Source: a plasmid. Taken from it: DNA of 64,000 bases. A program made the translations under genes and the position numbers. The notes beneath the pieces are model-generated. The model saw only the letters and a list, made by a program, of their open reading frames with translations, was not told the origin of the DNA and searched no databases. The stretch lies in sequence record OW969666.1; one strand, given 5' to 3'. Position 1 is the first letter of the stretch. The number at the start of each line of letters is the position of its first letter. Below, piece by piece: positions 62,132 to 64,000 of this stretch.

Positions 62132-62608
62132 ATTATCCGTGGCGATTCACAGATAGTAGTTGCCGAAGCTAGACTCGCAGTTAATGCATCTCATACTTTA
62201 GTTGTATTTATAATGGATGTTATCCATGCGAGTAAATTTTAATCATACTGGCACTTAGATTAACAATGGCCGGATTCATTGCTCTTAAATTTTAGTGTAC
62301 CCAGTTCTTTGTAGCACTGATGGTCGATTCTACCGCTTTGAACTTGCCTCAAACAAACCAGGGTCTGCGACCGGGATTTATGTTCTGGACGTGTGCCTGA
62401 GCCTTATGGCTGGGCTATTTTATTAGGTTTTAGGTGCCTTCCTGCAATCACTCAAAACGCATTCATTAGTGCGTATTTCATGTAAAAATGAGCAACTTAC
62501 CCTTATAAATCAATAACTTCGCATAACAAAGATTATGTTAAATTCAATGGTAAAGTCATTATAAATCAATATCTTAAATATCGAACAAGCCCCTTTCTTC
62601 CTCAAACC

Positions 62609-63348
<740 letters not shown>

Positions 63349-64000
63349 GAGTGCGCTCCTTGTATAGCGATTGCTTTACAAGCATACCATATGGATTCTG
63401 TATAGCAAAAGCTATACGGTTTTTTAAGTGCAGTGAACATACGAAAGAGTCAACTTGCAACTATTAGGTAAAGCTCTTCCTCTAAATTATTTTCCTTGCT
63501 CTGGCCTACCAAATCAAACCCAACGCCCTGAATTTACTGCGTGCGATGCTTGCTAGCAGTCTCATCCGGACAATTAGCATGAAAACTATGGATTGTTATC
63601 TGGTCTAACATCTGGAAAAGTTACTGATGAGAAGGTAGTATTCGGATCGTCAGCGATCGTCTTGTGGTGGGACAGATTGTTGATTCAGATTACTTTTGTG
63701 TCCTAACTCAAACTGACGGTTTGACTGCTTTGTGGTGAGGCAGGCGGGTGGCAAAAGATGGTTTTACGGAAGAAATGCGGACTTCCGGAAACAGACAGGG
63801 ACAGGACGTGTCCAGTAAAACGTTCAGGAGCAGGTAACGGGATTTCCCGGAGCCTGAATGCACAACCCCCCCGACATCTGTCATCATCTTGGCGGAAGAC
63901 ACAGATATCAGGGGGTCCAAAAGCAGGCGCGTGGCCTGTGAAGGATTATAACGCATGCACCACATAACACAACACCCGGCCGCCATAAGAACAGGCCGCC

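Larger units (their letters stand above)
60930..62151 (+). mobile_element. IS3-family insertion sequence (~1.22 kb)
   Basis: Terminal repeats tgaatcgccacg... / ...cgtggcgattca. OrfA and OrfB carry an A7 slippery run at ~61225. No clear TSD. Confidence 0.75.

Noticed and set aside
63708-63986. ORFs 63708..63986(-) and 63758..63967(+) at the window edge
   Set aside because: The two overlap on opposite strands. Neither has an RBS or recognisable features.

Overview
This window is a plasmid segment of IncF-type architecture, with content reminiscent of large Klebsiella/Enterobacter virulence-resistance plasmids; the plasmid-type assignment rests on recalled family hallmarks plus F-like gene order, not a database search. 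Reading left to right it contains the following. (1) A conjugative leading region transcribed toward oriT (1-6300): a ParB-like 3' fragment, psiB fused by deletion to the 3' end of a hok gene (psiA and sok/mok are absent), and two ~600-bp near-identical repeat modules that each supply a promoter region, RBS and the first 14 codons to different small cargo genes. Cargo includes an HsdM-like methyltransferase-fold protein that lacks the NPPF/Y catalytic motif, a DUF932 protein and several orphan ORFs; this looks like an anti-restriction / anti-defence island. (2) A lytic transglycosylase (gene X/P19-like) and an F-like oriT with a recognisable nic motif at ~7054. (3) A degenerate F-like tra region (traM, traA, traL, traE, traK, truncated traB, traP-like, traV, and a traI missing its N-terminal relaxase domain). 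traJ is absent, and an antisense 228-aa protein with two TraY-like ribbon-helix-helix repeats sits between traM and traA. (4) A DsbC/G-like oxidoreductase, a YafO-like toxin paired with an unusual 183-aa upstream partner, a tyrosine recombinase, an AT-rich foreign membrane-protein gene and an IS911-like IS3 element. (5) A complete tellurite-resistance (ter) super-locus: Ser/Thr kinase, PP2C phosphatase, three vWA TerY paralogs (one with a zinc ribbon), terX, terW, a five-enzyme biosynthetic module, and terZABCDE plus terF truncated by IS26. (6) A Tn21-subfamily mercury transposon derivative (merRTPFADE with a Tn402-type tniRQBA module and a resolvase) in which both 38-bp IRs are interrupted by inverted IS5075 copies. 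(7) Nested IS903B::IS407-group IS3, a further IS3-family IS, orphan small ORFs and a KacAT-like GNAT/RHH toxin-antitoxin pair. No rRNA, tRNA or CRISPR arrays were seen. Coordinates worked out by hand may be off by 1-2 bp.
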